Shown one piece after another: positions 28,518 to 38,857 of a stretch of 64,000 bases of DNA. Origin of the DNA: Desulfobacterales bacterium. Lineage in GTDB: Bacteria; Desulfobacterota; Desulfobacteria; Desulfobacterales; UBA2174. How positions within the stretch are numbered: the stretch's first letter is position 1; each line of letters starts with the position of its first letter. A program made the translations under genes and the position numbers. The notes beneath the pieces were generated by a model. It did not search any database. It was not told the origin of the DNA and saw only the letters and a list, made by a program, of their open reading frames with translations. The stretch spans positions 576,001-640,000 of the forward strand of contig CAXXWC010000021.1 in assembly GCA_963668645.2 (NCBI GenBank), in the 5' to 3' direction.

Positions 28518-29663
28518 ATGGACTTTGCCTTGACCGAAGAACAGGAATTGCTGGTTGAAAGTCTCACCGAACTGCTGCAGCGCGAATGCCCCGAAAGCTA
28601 CATCAAGGAATGCGACGAAAATCACACCTACCCCATCAGGCTGAAAAAAGCCTTGGTGGACAACGGCTTTTCCCTTATGGGCATCCCCGAGGAATACGGC
28701 GGCACACCGTGCGATTGCCTGACGATGATCCTGCTTTCCGAGACCTGCGTGCGCAACGGAGTGCCGGGATATTTCTGGGGCGAGCAGCTTCAGATCGACG
28801 GCATCCTGACCTTCGGCAACGAGGAACAGAAGCGGCTCGTGCTGGACATCGCCAAGCAGGGACTGCCGCCTTTCGCCCTCGGATTCACCGAGCCGGGCGC
28901 CGGGTCGAACAGCGCCGCGATCACCTGCACGGCCACGCGCAGAAACGGCAAGGTCTACATCAACGGCCAGAAGACCCTGATCTCCTACCTCGACAAGGCC
29001 CCGTACACCCTGCTGCTGACCCGCGACCTGGAACACCCCGATCCGTACAGGGCGATGAGCATGTGGCTGGTGCCCAACGACGCGCCGGGATTGAAGATCA
29101 ACAACTTCAAGAAGATCGGCTGGAACATGACCACCTCCAGCGAGATGTTCTTCGACAACGTCGAAATCGAGGAATCGGCCCTGGTCGGCAAGGAAGGGGC
29201 CGGCTTCATCCAGTTGATGAAAAACTTCGAAATCGAGCGGCTGGTCGGCTGCGCCACCATCCTCGGCGCCGCCGAGATGGTTTATGAAGACGCGGCCCGC
29301 TACGCCACCCAGCGCGTCCAGTTCGGCAAGCCGATCGGCGCCTTCCAGCTCATCCAGCAGAAGATCACCGACATGGCCATCAAGATCGAAAACATGCGCA
29401 ACATGCTCTACAAGTGCGCCTGGGAAAAGGACCGCGGCATGCCGCTGCAGATCTCCTCGGCCCTGTGCAAGCGCTACTGCGGCATGGCCGGCTGGGAGGT
29501 GATCGACGAAGCGCTGCAGATCTTCGGCGGCATCGGCTACACCTCGGAAACGCGTATCTCGCGGGTCTGGCGCGATGCACGCGTGGCGCGCATCGGGGCC
29601 GGCACCGACGAAATCATGGTCCACGCGGCCGGCCGCGCCATCTTCAAAAAGTTCAGCAAGTAA
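28518..29663 (+). CDS. Acyl-CoA dehydrogenase, YdiO/CaiA (crotonobetainyl-CoA reductase)-like
   Basis: MDFALTEEQELL...CDENHTYP...GIPEEYGG, FTEPGAGS, RVQFGKPIGAFQLIQ, QIFGGIGY, WRDARVARIGAGTDEIM. Confidence 0.9.
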   Translation: MDFALTEEQELLVESLTELLQRECPESYIKECDENHTYPIRLKKALVDNGFSLMGIPEEYGGTPCDCLTMILLSETCVRNGVPGYFWGEQLQIDGILTFGNEEQKRLVLDIAKQGLPPFALGFTEPGAGSNSAAITCTATRRNGKVYINGQKTLISYLDKAPYTLLLTRDLEHPDPYRAMSMWLVPNDAPGLKINNFKKIGWNMTTSSEMFFDNVEIEESALVGKEGAGFIQLMKNFEIERLVGCATILGAAEMVYEDAARYATQRVQFGKPIGAFQLIQQKITDMAIKIENMRNMLYKCAWEKDRGMPLQISSALCKRYCGMAGWEVIDEALQIFGGIGYTSETRISRVWRDARVARIGAGTDEIMVHAAGRAIFKKFSK

Positions 29664-29687
29664 CCGTCTGCCGAAAGGAAAACGCTC

Positions 29688-30914
29688 ATGGAAAACAGCC
29701 AAACACTCCGGTCCGGCATTCTTGCCGGTGTCAAGGTGCTCAGCGTCACCTCCGTGGTGGCCGGACCGTTCGCACCGGGCCTGTTCGCCGAGCACGGCGC
29801 CGACGTGATTCATGTCGAAAACGCCCAGATGCCCGACACGCTGCGGGCCTTCGGCGAAACATGGTCCATGGAGCACCGCAACCAGCGCACCATCGCCCTG
29901 GATGTGGCCTCGGCAGAAGGCAAGAAAATCATCACCCGCCTTCTGAAACACTGCGAGATCTTCTTCGAATCGTCCAAGGCCCGGACCTGGGACAAGTGGG
30001 GGCTCACCGATGAGACGCTGTGGCAGATCAATCCGGCCCTGGTGATCGTGCACGTTTCCGGGTATGGCCAGAGCGGCGATCCGGACTACCTGGCCTACAC
30101 CTCCTACGATCCCATCGGCCAGGCCTTCAGCGGCTTCATGGCCCTCAACGGGATGCCCGACCCCCTGCCCCCGCTTTCCATCGGCCCGTACGCCTGCGAC
30201 TACGTCACCGGGTTCACCGCGGCCTGGGCTTCGCTGGCCGCCCTGCTGCGCGCCCGACAGACCGGCCAGGGCGAAAGTATCGATGTGTCGCAGTACGAAT
30301 CGATGGCCCGCATCACCGGCGGTTATCCCATCGAGGGGTTCAACAAGGGGATCCAGCATCCGCGCCGGGGCAACACCCATCTGGGCCTGTCGGTCTACAA
30401 GTGCCATGACGACAAGTGGGTCGTCATCGTCCCGGTCGGCGCCACCATCCTGCGGCGCATCGTCGACGCCATCGGTCTGGACAGCGACCCGGACTTTGAC
30501 CGCCTGCCGCCGGTCTTCGCACCGGGGGGCGGACCGGTGGCCGAAAAGTTCTTCAAAGCGATCGAGGCGTTTTGCCAGGACCACTCCTCCGACGAGGTCC
30601 AGGACCGGCTGCGCACGGCCCAGATCCCCTGCAGCAAGGTGATGGAATTTTCCGACATGCTGGCCAACTCCCAGTACCGGGCCCGCCACACCATCATCCG
30701 CTGGAACGACCCCAAGCTCGGCGAAATCCAGGGGATCGGGGTTGTACCGAAATTCAGCCGCCATCCAGGCGCGATCGACACGGGCAGCCCGACCTACGGG
30801 ATGCACAACGAAGCGGTGCTCGGCGAACTGGGCTACGACGAAGAAGAGATCCAGCGGTTGTACGAACAGCGGATCATCAACAAGTTCCGGCCCTCAAAGC
30901 CGGCGTCGCACTGA
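29688..30914 (+). CDS. caiB: Family III CoA-transferase, CaiB-like
   Basis: VAGPFA...GADVIHVEN, EHRNQRTIALD, VSGYGQSG, PYACDYVTG (position of the catalytic Asp), GESIDVSQYE. Confidence 0.85.
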   Translation: MENSQTLRSGILAGVKVLSVTSVVAGPFAPGLFAEHGADVIHVENAQMPDTLRAFGETWSMEHRNQRTIALDVASAEGKKIITRLLKHCEIFFESSKARTWDKWGLTDETLWQINPALVIVHVSGYGQSGDPDYLAYTSYDPIGQAFSGFMALNGMPDPLPPLSIGPYACDYVTGFTAAWASLAALLRARQTGQGESIDVSQYESMARITGGYPIEGFNKGIQHPRRGNTHLGLSVYKCHDDKWVVIVPVGATILRRIVDAIGLDSDPDFDRLPPVFAPGGGPVAEKFFKAIEAFCQDHSSDEVQDRLRTAQIPCSKVMEFSDMLANSQYRARHTIIRWNDPKLGEIQGIGVVPKFSRHPGAIDTGSPTYGMHNEAVLGELGYDEEEIQRLYEQRIINKFRPSKPASH

Positions 30915-30931
30915 AACTCTGGAGCGAAACG

Positions 30932-31687
30932 ATGCGCATCATCTGCTGCTATAAACTCGTCGTTGATGAACAGGACATCCGGGTCAACACCGACCGGAGC
31001 CTGTCTTTCGACGGCGCCCAATGGAAAATCGGACTCTACGATCTGAACGCCGTCGAGGCCGGCAAACAACTGGCCGAAAAAACAGGCGGCACCCTCACCG
31101 CCTTGAGCGCCGGCGGCGACATCCTGCAAAACTCCAAACTGAAAAAGGCGATCCTCTCGCGCGGTCCCGACGCATTGTTCACCGTCAGCGACGGCGCGAT
31201 AGAAGAGGCCGACACCCACCTGACGGCCCGCGTGCTGGCCGGCGCCATCGGCAAGATGGGACCCTTCGATCTAGTGATCTGCGGCGAGGGTTCGGCCGAT
31301 CTTTACGCTGGCCAGGTAGGGCCCCAGATCGGCCAGCTCCTCGGCCTGCCCGTGCTCAACGCCGTTTGCAGGATCGAACCGGCCGCCGCCGGGCTGAGGC
31401 TCGAACGGGCTCTGGAGGATGGGGTGGAGATCCACGAAATCGATCTGCCGGCCGTCGTATGCGTCACCAGCGACATCAACCTGCCGCGGATTCCGGGCAT
31501 GAAGGAGATCCTGGCCGCCGGCCGCAAGCCCACCACCGAATGGACCCTGGCCGATCTGGGCCTGGCCGGTGGTCCGGCCGCCACTGAAATCGTGGCGACC
31601 CTGGCCCCGGAACAGGTCGATCGCAAGCGGATCATCCTCGAAGGCGAGGACGCGGTCGACGAAATCTTCCAGCAGATCTGCAACTGA
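30932..31687 (+). CDS. fixA: Electron transfer flavoprotein beta subunit FixA
   Basis: MRIICCYKLVVDEQDI, YDLNAVEAG, LSRGPD, GEGSADLYAGQVG, DINLPRIPGMKEILAAGRKP. Confidence 0.92.
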   Translation: MRIICCYKLVVDEQDIRVNTDRSLSFDGAQWKIGLYDLNAVEAGKQLAEKTGGTLTALSAGGDILQNSKLKKAILSRGPDALFTVSDGAIEEADTHLTARVLAGAIGKMGPFDLVICGEGSADLYAGQVGPQIGQLLGLPVLNAVCRIEPAAAGLRLERALEDGVEIHEIDLPAVVCVTSDINLPRIPGMKEILAAGRKPTTEWTLADLGLAGGPAATEIVATLAPEQVDRKRIILEGEDAVDEIFQQICN

Positions 31688-31711
31688 CCCCTGGCAAGGA
31701 GATCGCACAAC

Positions 31712-32650
31712 ATGGGCAAAATTGATAACGTATTCGTCTTTGCCGACCGGGCCGAAGCCCTGGACGACCTTTGCACCGGTGCCGCCGATTTGGGCGGTCC
31801 GGTAACGGCCCTGGTCTTCGATAAAGACGGAGAGAATCGCGCCAGGGACTGCGGGGCCGATGCCATATATCAAATGGGCGACGGCGCACCGCACCCGGTC
31901 GAAGCGTATTTCGAAACGATTTACGACCGGGTCGCCCAGGAGCGGCCAAATCTGGTGCTGATCCGCGGCAACGCCCGCGGCAAGCTCATCGCCGGCCGTC
32001 TGGCCGCGGCCCTGGGTACCAGCGCCCTGGTCGACGCCCTCGAGGTGACCTGCGACGGCGATCGGCCCGGTGTGCGGTCCATCGTCTACGGCGGTGCAGC
32101 GATCCGCACGCTGCGCGCCTGTTGCACAACCACGGTGATTACCGTAGGCGCGGGCGTATTCAAGGCCCGCCCGGCACCAAAGGCCTTTGCCGGTCAAACG
32201 CGGGCCGTGGCGTTCATCCCGCCTAAAACCGCCACCCGCCGCCTCGAAACCCGGTTCAAGACCGGCAGCGACGTCGACCTATCCGCCGCCAAGAAGGTGA
32301 TCGGAGTCGGGCGCGGCTTTGCCAGGCAAGCGGACCTGGCCATGGCCGATGAGTTGGCCGCCCTGATCGATGCCACGGTGGGCTGCAGCCGCCCCCTGGC
32401 CGAAATCGAGCACTGGCTGCCCAAGGCGCGCTACATCGGGGTCTCGGGCCAGATGATCAAACCGGACCTCTACCTGGCCCTCGGCATCTCTGGACAGGTC
32501 CAGCATATGTTCGGCGTCAGCCAGGCCCACACCATCGTGGCGGTCAACAAGGACAAGAACGCACCGATCTTCCAGCAGGCCGATTACGGCATCGTCGCAG
32601 ATCTTTACACCGTGCTGCCGGCCCTGATCGAAAGGTGCCGCAACCGGTAG
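31712..32650 (+). CDS. fixB: Electron transfer flavoprotein alpha subunit FixB
   Basis: VYGG, VIGVGRG, VGCSRPLAE, YIGVSG, LYLALGISGQVQHMFG, AVNKDKNAPIF..ADYGIVADL. Confidence 0.93.
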   Translation: MGKIDNVFVFADRAEALDDLCTGAADLGGPVTALVFDKDGENRARDCGADAIYQMGDGAPHPVEAYFETIYDRVAQERPNLVLIRGNARGKLIAGRLAAALGTSALVDALEVTCDGDRPGVRSIVYGGAAIRTLRACCTTTVITVGAGVFKARPAPKAFAGQTRAVAFIPPKTATRRLETRFKTGSDVDLSAAKKVIGVGRGFARQADLAMADELAALIDATVGCSRPLAEIEHWLPKARYIGVSGQMIKPDLYLALGISGQVQHMFGVSQAHTIVAVNKDKNAPIFQQADYGIVADLYTVLPALIERCRNR

Positions 32651-32729
32651 CGCCATCGAAAACGACGACCATCGGCCGGCTTTGCGGCCGTCGGCGCGCG
32701 CCCGGATCCGGTGCGCAGTGGAGGCTCTT

Positions 32730-34007
32730 TTGAGCGATGACGAAAAATTCGACGTGGCGATCATCGGCGCCGGCCCGGCCGGCGCCGCCTGCGCCTACCG
32801 TCTGGCCAAGGCCGGAAAACAGGTGCTGCTGCTGGAACGCGGCGACACGCCCGGCGCCAAGAACCTCGCCGGCGGGCGCTTTTACACCTACGCCCTGGAG
32901 ATGCTCGATCTCGGCTTGAATGCCCAGGCGGCCCTGGAACGCCCGGTGACCCACGAACAGATCATGCTGCTTTCCGCTGATCGCGCCCTGGTCATCGACT
33001 ACCGTGATCCGGTCCAGGCCCTGACTTCGAGTACGATCCTGCGGGCACACTTCGACGAATGGCTCGCCGGTCGGGCCGAGGCCGCCGGAGCGGTGCTGGC
33101 GTGCGGCATCCGGGTCGATGGGGTCATCGAACGTCAGGGGCGGATCGTGGGGGTACGCGCCGGGGAGGACGAAATCTTCGCGGATATGGTGGTGGCAGCC
33201 GACGGGGTAAACTCCCTGACGGCCCAAAGTGCCGGCCTGATCCCGCAGATCCCGGCCCACACGGTGGGTGTCGGCCTCAAGGAAGTGATCGCCCTGCCGG
33301 CCGAGACCATCGAGGCGCGCTTCAACCTCGCTCCGGGCCGAGGGGCGGCACGGGTAATCCTCGGCGGCACCAACGGAATCCACGGCGGTGGGTTTGTCTA
33401 CACCAACCGCCAGAGCGTATCGCTGGGCTGCGTGCTTTGCCCCGGGCAGGCTGCTGAACGTAAAAAGCCGGTTCATGCCGTGCTCCAACAACTCAAATGC
33501 CACCCGGCGATCCAGGCGCTGATTCAAGGCGGTCAGACCGTGGAGTACGGGGCCCACCTGGTCTCCGAAGCCGGGTGGCGCCAGGTTCCGGCCACCCTTG
33601 ACCGCGAGGGCCTTCTGTTGGCCGGCGATGCGGCCGGATTCGTGATCAACGCCGGGTACACCATCCGTGGTGTCGACCTGGCGATCCTGAGTGGGATCGC
33701 GGCCGCCGAGGCCATCGTCGCTGCAACGCGCGACTCCGAAGCAGGTCCGCTCTATCGGGAGGCCCTCGAACGGATAGGCCTGCTGGCAACGATGAAGGCT
33801 GCCGACCCGACTTTCGACGTTCTGGATACCACCTGGCTCTATGACAAAGCACCGGATACGGCAGCCGATGTATGCGCCGGTCTTTTCGCCGCCGGCGGCC
33901 ATGCGCCCCGGCGGCTGCGGCAGATCGTGGCTGCAGCCGTCAAACGCAATGGGCTGTCCTGGTGGCAGATTCTCAAATTCGCTGCAAAGGGGATCCGATC
34001 GCTATGA
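32730..34007 (+). CDS. fixC: ETF:quinone oxidoreductase FixC
   Basis: TTG start after GGAGG; FDVAIIGAGPAG, LERGDTPGAKNLAGG, AADGVNS, EYGAHLVSE, GDAAG, RGVDLAI. Confidence 0.92.
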   Translation: MSDDEKFDVAIIGAGPAGAACAYRLAKAGKQVLLLERGDTPGAKNLAGGRFYTYALEMLDLGLNAQAALERPVTHEQIMLLSADRALVIDYRDPVQALTSSTILRAHFDEWLAGRAEAAGAVLACGIRVDGVIERQGRIVGVRAGEDEIFADMVVAADGVNSLTAQSAGLIPQIPAHTVGVGLKEVIALPAETIEARFNLAPGRGAARVILGGTNGIHGGGFVYTNRQSVSLGCVLCPGQAAERKKPVHAVLQQLKCHPAIQALIQGGQTVEYGAHLVSEAGWRQVPATLDREGLLLAGDAAGFVINAGYTIRGVDLAILSGIAAAEAIVAATRDSEAGPLYREALERIGLLATMKAADPTFDVLDTTWLYDKAPDTAADVCAGLFAAGGHAPRRLRQIVAAAVKRNGLSWWQILKFAAKGIRSL

Positions 34008-34297
34008 CCACCCAACTGATGGACGCCGCAACCCTCCTGGCCCTGGACAAGTTCGAGATCGACGAGGAAAACCCGCATATCCGGATCGACCGGGACATCT
34101 GCCGGACATGCGCAGCCAAACCTTGCCTCTATGTCTGCCCGGCGGCACTTTACACCCTCGATGCCGACGGCGATGTTTCCTACGACTATGCCGGCTGCCT
34201 CGAATGCGGCACCTGCCGCCTGGTGTGCGCCATCAAGGGGATCACCCAGTGGACCTATCCGCGGGCACCCTTCGGCATCCACTACAGGCATGGATGA
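34004..34297 (+). CDS. fixX: Ferredoxin-like protein FixX
   Basis: DEENPHI, CRTCAAKPCLYVCPAALY, DYAGCLECGTCRLVC, WTYPR..FGIHYRHG; ATGA overlap with fixC. Confidence 0.93.
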   Translation: MTTQLMDAATLLALDKFEIDEENPHIRIDRDICRTCAAKPCLYVCPAALYTLDADGDVSYDYAGCLECGTCRLVCAIKGITQWTYPRAPFGIHYRHG

Positions 34298-34378
34298 AAC
34301 CGTCGCTATGCGGCCGGCTGAGCGTCGGAATGGCTACCGGCAACCGAATACCATCGGAGGCGATCGGCTGATCGAGTG

Positions 34379-35149
34379 TTACTCGGGCTTAAATTTCCGG
34401 GAAATCTCCCTGACCGTAGTCAGCAACGAATCTATACAAAAGTGCCGATGCACCTCATCATAGAATTTACTTTCAGGAAAATCGACACTGACAGCGCCCA
34501 AAAGGGACCCTGTGTGGTCGAAAATGGGCGCACTCACTGAGGCGATACCGACGCGCTTCTCACTGATACTCTGTGAATAACCCCGGTTCCTGATAAGCTC
34601 AAGTTCTTTGAGTAATGTTCGTTTATCTGTGATCGTGTTTTCTGTATACGCAGTCAGTTGTTGCATCGACAGGTAAGCCTCGATAAATGTTTCAGAGGAA
34701 AAGGCTAAAAGGCATTTGGAGGAGGCCCCCACATAAAGGGGGGAGATGGCCCCTATATCCTTGATGACCGTGAATGTATCGGAAGGCTGAATTTTATCGA
34801 TACAAAGATTGTATGTCTCTTTTATGATGTGGTGGCAGATCGTTTCTTTGGTTAACAAGCTTAGGGCTTCTATAGATGAACGCACAACTTTGATCACAGT
34901 GTTTTTAGTCTGAAGAATGTTAAAAAATTTAAAATAGATAAGACCAAGCTGATATTTTTTTGAGGTGGGATTCTGTTCTATGAAGTTATACTTTTTAAGT
35001 GCCGTTAGAATACGCTGCACCGTACCTGGGGCAAACCCATGTTTTGATGCCAACTCCCTGACGCCCCACGACTCCTGATTCTCCAAAAAAGACACAAGGA
35101 TCTCAAGAACCTTTTCAGTTGAATTTAATTTGGGTGCACTTTTATTCAT
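34379..35149 (-). CDS. IclR-family transcriptional regulator
   Basis: N-terminal HTH (GVRELASK...TVQRILTAL...YQLG); PLYVGASSKCLLAF, LELIRNRGYS, SVSAPIFD. AT-rich. Confidence 0.92.
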   Translation of the reverse strand: MNKSAPKLNSTEKVLEILVSFLENQESWGVRELASKHGFAPGTVQRILTALKKYNFIEQNPTSKKYQLGLIYFKFFNILQTKNTVIKVVRSSIEALSLLTKETICHHIIKETYNLCIDKIQPSDTFTVIKDIGAISPLYVGASSKCLLAFSSETFIEAYLSMQQLTAYTENTITDKRTLLKELELIRNRGYSQSISEKRVGIASVSAPIFDHTGSLLGAVSVDFPESKFYDEVHRHFCIDSLLTTVREISRKFKPE

Positions 35150-35829
35150 AGTCGTATATTCTCAACTTCCGTTGACTTAGGCTTCACAAGTTACCCCAAG
35201 ACTCGGCGTTCGAATCAAGCCCGGTGATGTTACTGTATCCAGCTTTTTACTCCGCCCCCCTTTTCATGTCAACATCTTGGATCTGAAAGGAATATTGCCA
35301 TGGCGGGTCGATTTTCCAAAAAGCTATAAATAACTTTTTGTTTATTTTCAAGAGAAAACGAAGCGTATGTGGGCGCCATTGGAAAATATGAACGCGGAGC
35401 AGAGCACCTTCCAGGGCGCATACGCAACCGGAACGTCTCGCAGCCTGGGGGTAAGGATTTGCTGGCGATACATGGCGTATCTGCAATCGTGCACAGTGAC
35501 CTCGGTGATAGAGGCCGGAGGCCCATTCCTTTTTGATCATCCTGTCCGGTTGATAGACCCTATTTCAGCCTTTTATCCCTTCTGTCTTGGCCAGCCCGAC
35601 AAGATGAGCCGGGATTCCAACCGGCAACTATCATCATAATCGCCCCTCGCTATGGAGCCGGTCCTGCCCCGGTATAGATCTGATAGTCAGACTTTTGAAA
35701 TTCGATCAAGCCTTGGACATTTTCACAATTTCTTATCCGAAGGCGGATAGCTATCACCAAATCTGCTTGTCTCGCCTAGTCCATACCATCGATTCGACAA
35801 TAAACGGACAAAACGTTTGACGTGTTTAT

Positions 35830-37194
35830 CTACAAAATCTTACCGACAGATGCAATAACCTGATCAACAACTTGTGGAGCAATACCAACATAGTTCTCAG
35901 GCATAAGAATAGATCTTACCTCTTCTTCGCTGAAAATAGAAGTGACACGGTGATCTTCAATAAGAACATCACCAAGATCCCGCTTTTCTTCATAGGACTT
36001 CATTGCAGCTTCATAAACCACATGGTGGGCCTCCATGCGGCCTATTTTATGACCGAGCTTAATCATCATAGCTTCAGCGTTAAGGCCACCTCTAGTAATG
36101 TTGAGATTGCGTCTCATGTTCTCAGGATAAACATGAAGCGTACGCAGCAAATTCAGGGTCATTTCCAGAATACTTCCGGTAACGATGTTGATTTCAGGCA
36201 CGTAGTACCAATCTGCCATCATGCATGCAGTACAGCGTTCATGCTGTACATGTTGACAGTTAATGGCAACGTTGGCCTGAGCGTTAACAATCCACGCAAG
36301 ACCGATAACGGTTTCAAAGTTATCAGGATTACGTTTTTGTGGCATGGTGGAAGAGCCAAGTCTGCCCCTGGGAAAATCTTCTTCAATTTCTGCGACTTCT
36401 TGTTTATGCATCCCTTGCAGGTCAAAGCATATTCTGGAACAACTGGCCGCCATCACATTGAGAATGCATGAATATTCAGCCATCGTATCCCGGGCGCTAT
36501 GCCAAGGGGCAGAAGGAACAGAAATGTCGAGAAGTTCACAGAGACGTTTTTGAACCGCAAGACCATCATGGCCGTCAACAGTCAAAGAGGCAAGGGTGGC
36601 CGAAGCACCGGCGAATTGACCCTTGAATACACGCTCACGACAATCTCTCAACCGGGTAAGACTGCGGGAAAGCTCATCGGCATAGATGGCGCATTTTTCG
36701 CCAAAGGTCATCGGTACGGCATGCATCTGATGGGTACGCCCGGGCATAGAAGTATTACGATACTCTTTAGCAAGCTCCAAGCACCTTTTAATCATATCGA
36801 TGAGTACTTCTTCGAAATAGAATGAACCTTCTTTTAACAATAGAGAGAAAGTCGTATCGGTAAGATCTTGAAGGGTAGCCCCCCAATGAGCCCATTTGCC
36901 CAAACCATCTTTAGTTATTTCCTCCAGTTCCCACAAAACGGGGATACAAGGATGAGTGGTTTCTTCAATTTTCAACCTGATTTGTTTCAAATCAAAATTT
37001 TGAACTTTACCTTTGTTGCGGATTTCATCAGCCACGCCTTCAGGGATTATTCCTTGCTCCTCTTCGGCTTGTGCGAGAGCAGCCCAATATTCGAACCACT
37101 TGTTAAGCATGTTTTCGTCTGAAAATATCTCTCTGGCCCTCTCGGAACCGAAAAAATTCCTAAATAGTGCAGAATCAATCATCGAATGACCCAT
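35830..37194 (-). CDS. Aspartase/fumarase-superfamily lyase, adenylosuccinate-lyase/CMLE-like
   Basis: HWGATLQDL, MPGRTHQMHAVPMTFG, signature GSSTMPQKRNP, ENMRRNL. AT-rich accessory context, so probably not housekeeping purB. Confidence 0.85.
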   Translation of the reverse strand: MGHSMIDSALFRNFFGSERAREIFSDENMLNKWFEYWAALAQAEEEQGIIPEGVADEIRNKGKVQNFDLKQIRLKIEETTHPCIPVLWELEEITKDGLGKWAHWGATLQDLTDTTFSLLLKEGSFYFEEVLIDMIKRCLELAKEYRNTSMPGRTHQMHAVPMTFGEKCAIYADELSRSLTRLRDCRERVFKGQFAGASATLASLTVDGHDGLAVQKRLCELLDISVPSAPWHSARDTMAEYSCILNVMAASCSRICFDLQGMHKQEVAEIEEDFPRGRLGSSTMPQKRNPDNFETVIGLAWIVNAQANVAINCQHVQHERCTACMMADWYYVPEINIVTGSILEMTLNLLRTLHVYPENMRRNLNITRGGLNAEAMMIKLGHKIGRMEAHHVVYEAAMKSYEEKRDLGDVLIEDHRVTSIFSEEEVRSILMPENYVGIAPQVVDQVIASVGKIL

Positions 37195-37233
37195 ATTTTT
37201 TACCTCCGATAAACATTTGCAAAAAATATACTT

Positions 37234-38583
37234 CTAATAGACAAAATCCATCACTGTATCGATCGTTTCAATTTTTTCTAATGAAAACAGCAACTCAAAA
37301 ATCCGATTAGATCTATCCGAAGGAAGCACAGCGGATGAACAGTCAATGAATTTTTTCTTGATATCCAGATCACTAAGAGGATTCCCTGGAACACCTTTCG
37401 CTTCGTCACATCTACCTTTTAGGATTCTTCCGTCTTTTAACAAAATGGTCAATTTGCACGGCTCGATACCAAATCCCAATTTTTCATATTCAGGGTCGAC
37501 TTCCAGTTTTACCTTTGGAATAATTTCCTTGATTATTGGGTTATTAACCAGCTCATCAGCAAATTGTTCTACGCCTACCCTACCATAAACGATCGCAGAG
37601 GCGAGAACATACTCCATAGAAAACTTGGCTTCAATACAGTCTTGAGGATTGTGACATACAAGTTCTCTTGGACCGATAAGGCCTACTCCTGCTGAAATTT
37701 TTTCTACATCATCTGCCGTAAAAGAGGACTTATTTAATATTTCAAAGATACAATCTATCGCTGCATGTGTTCCGAAGCAGCATGGATATTTTTTAAAGGC
37801 AAGACCTGGATTAACAATAACCCAGGGGTCTCCGAAACAAGGCCGATCAGTTATCGTCTCTTTCCCGGCAAATGTTTGCGCGAAACCGTCCTGTGCTTCA
37901 AAAGCATTTTTTGAAGATGTAAGGCCGTATCCCGCCAAAATCGCCGCTTTACAACCATTAAATGCCGCCATCCCTGCGTGGTAAGGTTTTGTCATAGTCC
38001 CGAAATTAGCTCTGATCCCACTTGCCATGGATGAAGCAATACCTAGCGCATTAACAAATCGCCTTTCATCCAGATTCATTAACATTGCCGCTGTTGCAGC
38101 CGCACCCAAGGTTCCAAACACACTCGTCGTATGCCAACCATTTTGCGTAACATCGGGCATGACTAATTGTGCAATTCTATTTTCAATCTCCAATCCGACT
38201 GCATATGCCTTCAAAATTTCATATCCCGAAGCATTGACAAATTCACCGGCTGCAAACGCGGCAGATGCTACAGCCACAGTTGGATGCCCTGCCATAGGAT
38301 CATTAACATCATCATAATCCAAAGCATGTCCTGCTGTTCCATTTGCCAGAGCTGCAAGATCATGACTTGCAAAAATATCCGTTCCAAAAACTCTTGCCTC
38401 TGGAACTGATGGCCAACGTGTTATATATTTTTGAACAATTCTGCTTACTTCAATTTTGCTTCCGGCCAACGTAACACCGACATAATCAATCAACGCCTTT
38501 TTTGCAATTTCAATCACCTTTTCAGGCAAATCTTCATTACTCATTATATCTGCAAATTTGGCTGCTTCCGAAAGGACAGACAT
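37234..38583 (-). CDS. MmgE/PrpD-family protein
   Basis: ANGTAGHALDYDD...GHP, GWHTTSVFG, NFGTMTKPYHAG, FKKYPCC..TH, AKFSMEY, KGVPGNPLS; ATG at 38583. Confidence 0.92.
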   Translation of the reverse strand: MSVLSEAAKFADIMSNEDLPEKVIEIAKKALIDYVGVTLAGSKIEVSRIVQKYITRWPSVPEARVFGTDIFASHDLAALANGTAGHALDYDDVNDPMAGHPTVAVASAAFAAGEFVNASGYEILKAYAVGLEIENRIAQLVMPDVTQNGWHTTSVFGTLGAAATAAMLMNLDERRFVNALGIASSMASGIRANFGTMTKPYHAGMAAFNGCKAAILAGYGLTSSKNAFEAQDGFAQTFAGKETITDRPCFGDPWVIVNPGLAFKKYPCCFGTHAAIDCIFEILNKSSFTADDVEKISAGVGLIGPRELVCHNPQDCIEAKFSMEYVLASAIVYGRVGVEQFADELVNNPIIKEIIPKVKLEVDPEYEKLGFGIEPCKLTILLKDGRILKGRCDEAKGVPGNPLSDLDIKKKFIDCSSAVLPSDRSNRIFELLFSLEKIETIDTVMDFVY

Positions 38584-38857
38584 ATTATCACCTTCTTTCA
38601 AAAATCCTTTTTAATCATCAAAAAAGAGCAATCCTTACGCATCGTTTCTAAGGGCTGATAGCGACTTTAAAATTGATGCGTAAGCACAAAACCCCCTTAG
38701 CACCGGCACACATTAAGTAAAGCCATGCGATCACCGCCCATCTGCATGAACGAACCGACTGCGGTCATTCAGTGGTTTATCTATTCATGAATACTTTTTA
38801 CCCAGATCATGCCACTCCTAAAAGGAGATATACGATTTTATTACCCGACATGGGATT

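Larger units (their letters stand above)
32219..34306 (+). repeat. Copy 1 of a ~2.1-kb direct repeat (fixB 3' part, fixC, fixX)
   Basis: Near-identical to 48490-50617 by direct reading. Confidence 0.95.

Noticed and set aside
28518..29663. Definite caiA and carnitine pathway call
   Set aside because: The N-terminus resembles YdiO at least as much as CaiA, and caiT, caiC and caiD are absent from the window.
28329..30806. 825-aa minus-strand ORF and similar long antisense ORFs (9566-10687, 15489-16472, 32544-33902, 53646-55064, 57595-58839)
   Set aside because: They lie opposite well-supported genes, carry no motifs, and are expected shadows of GC-rich codon usage.
35150..35829. Gene or IS remnant in the 680-bp gap between iclR and the lyase
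   Set aside because: Only short ORFs with faint transposase-like words; not supportable without a search.
35830..37194. Housekeeping purB
   Set aside because: It sits in an AT-rich accessory unit with transporter, PrpD-like and IclR genes and no purine genes, so the symbol is withheld.
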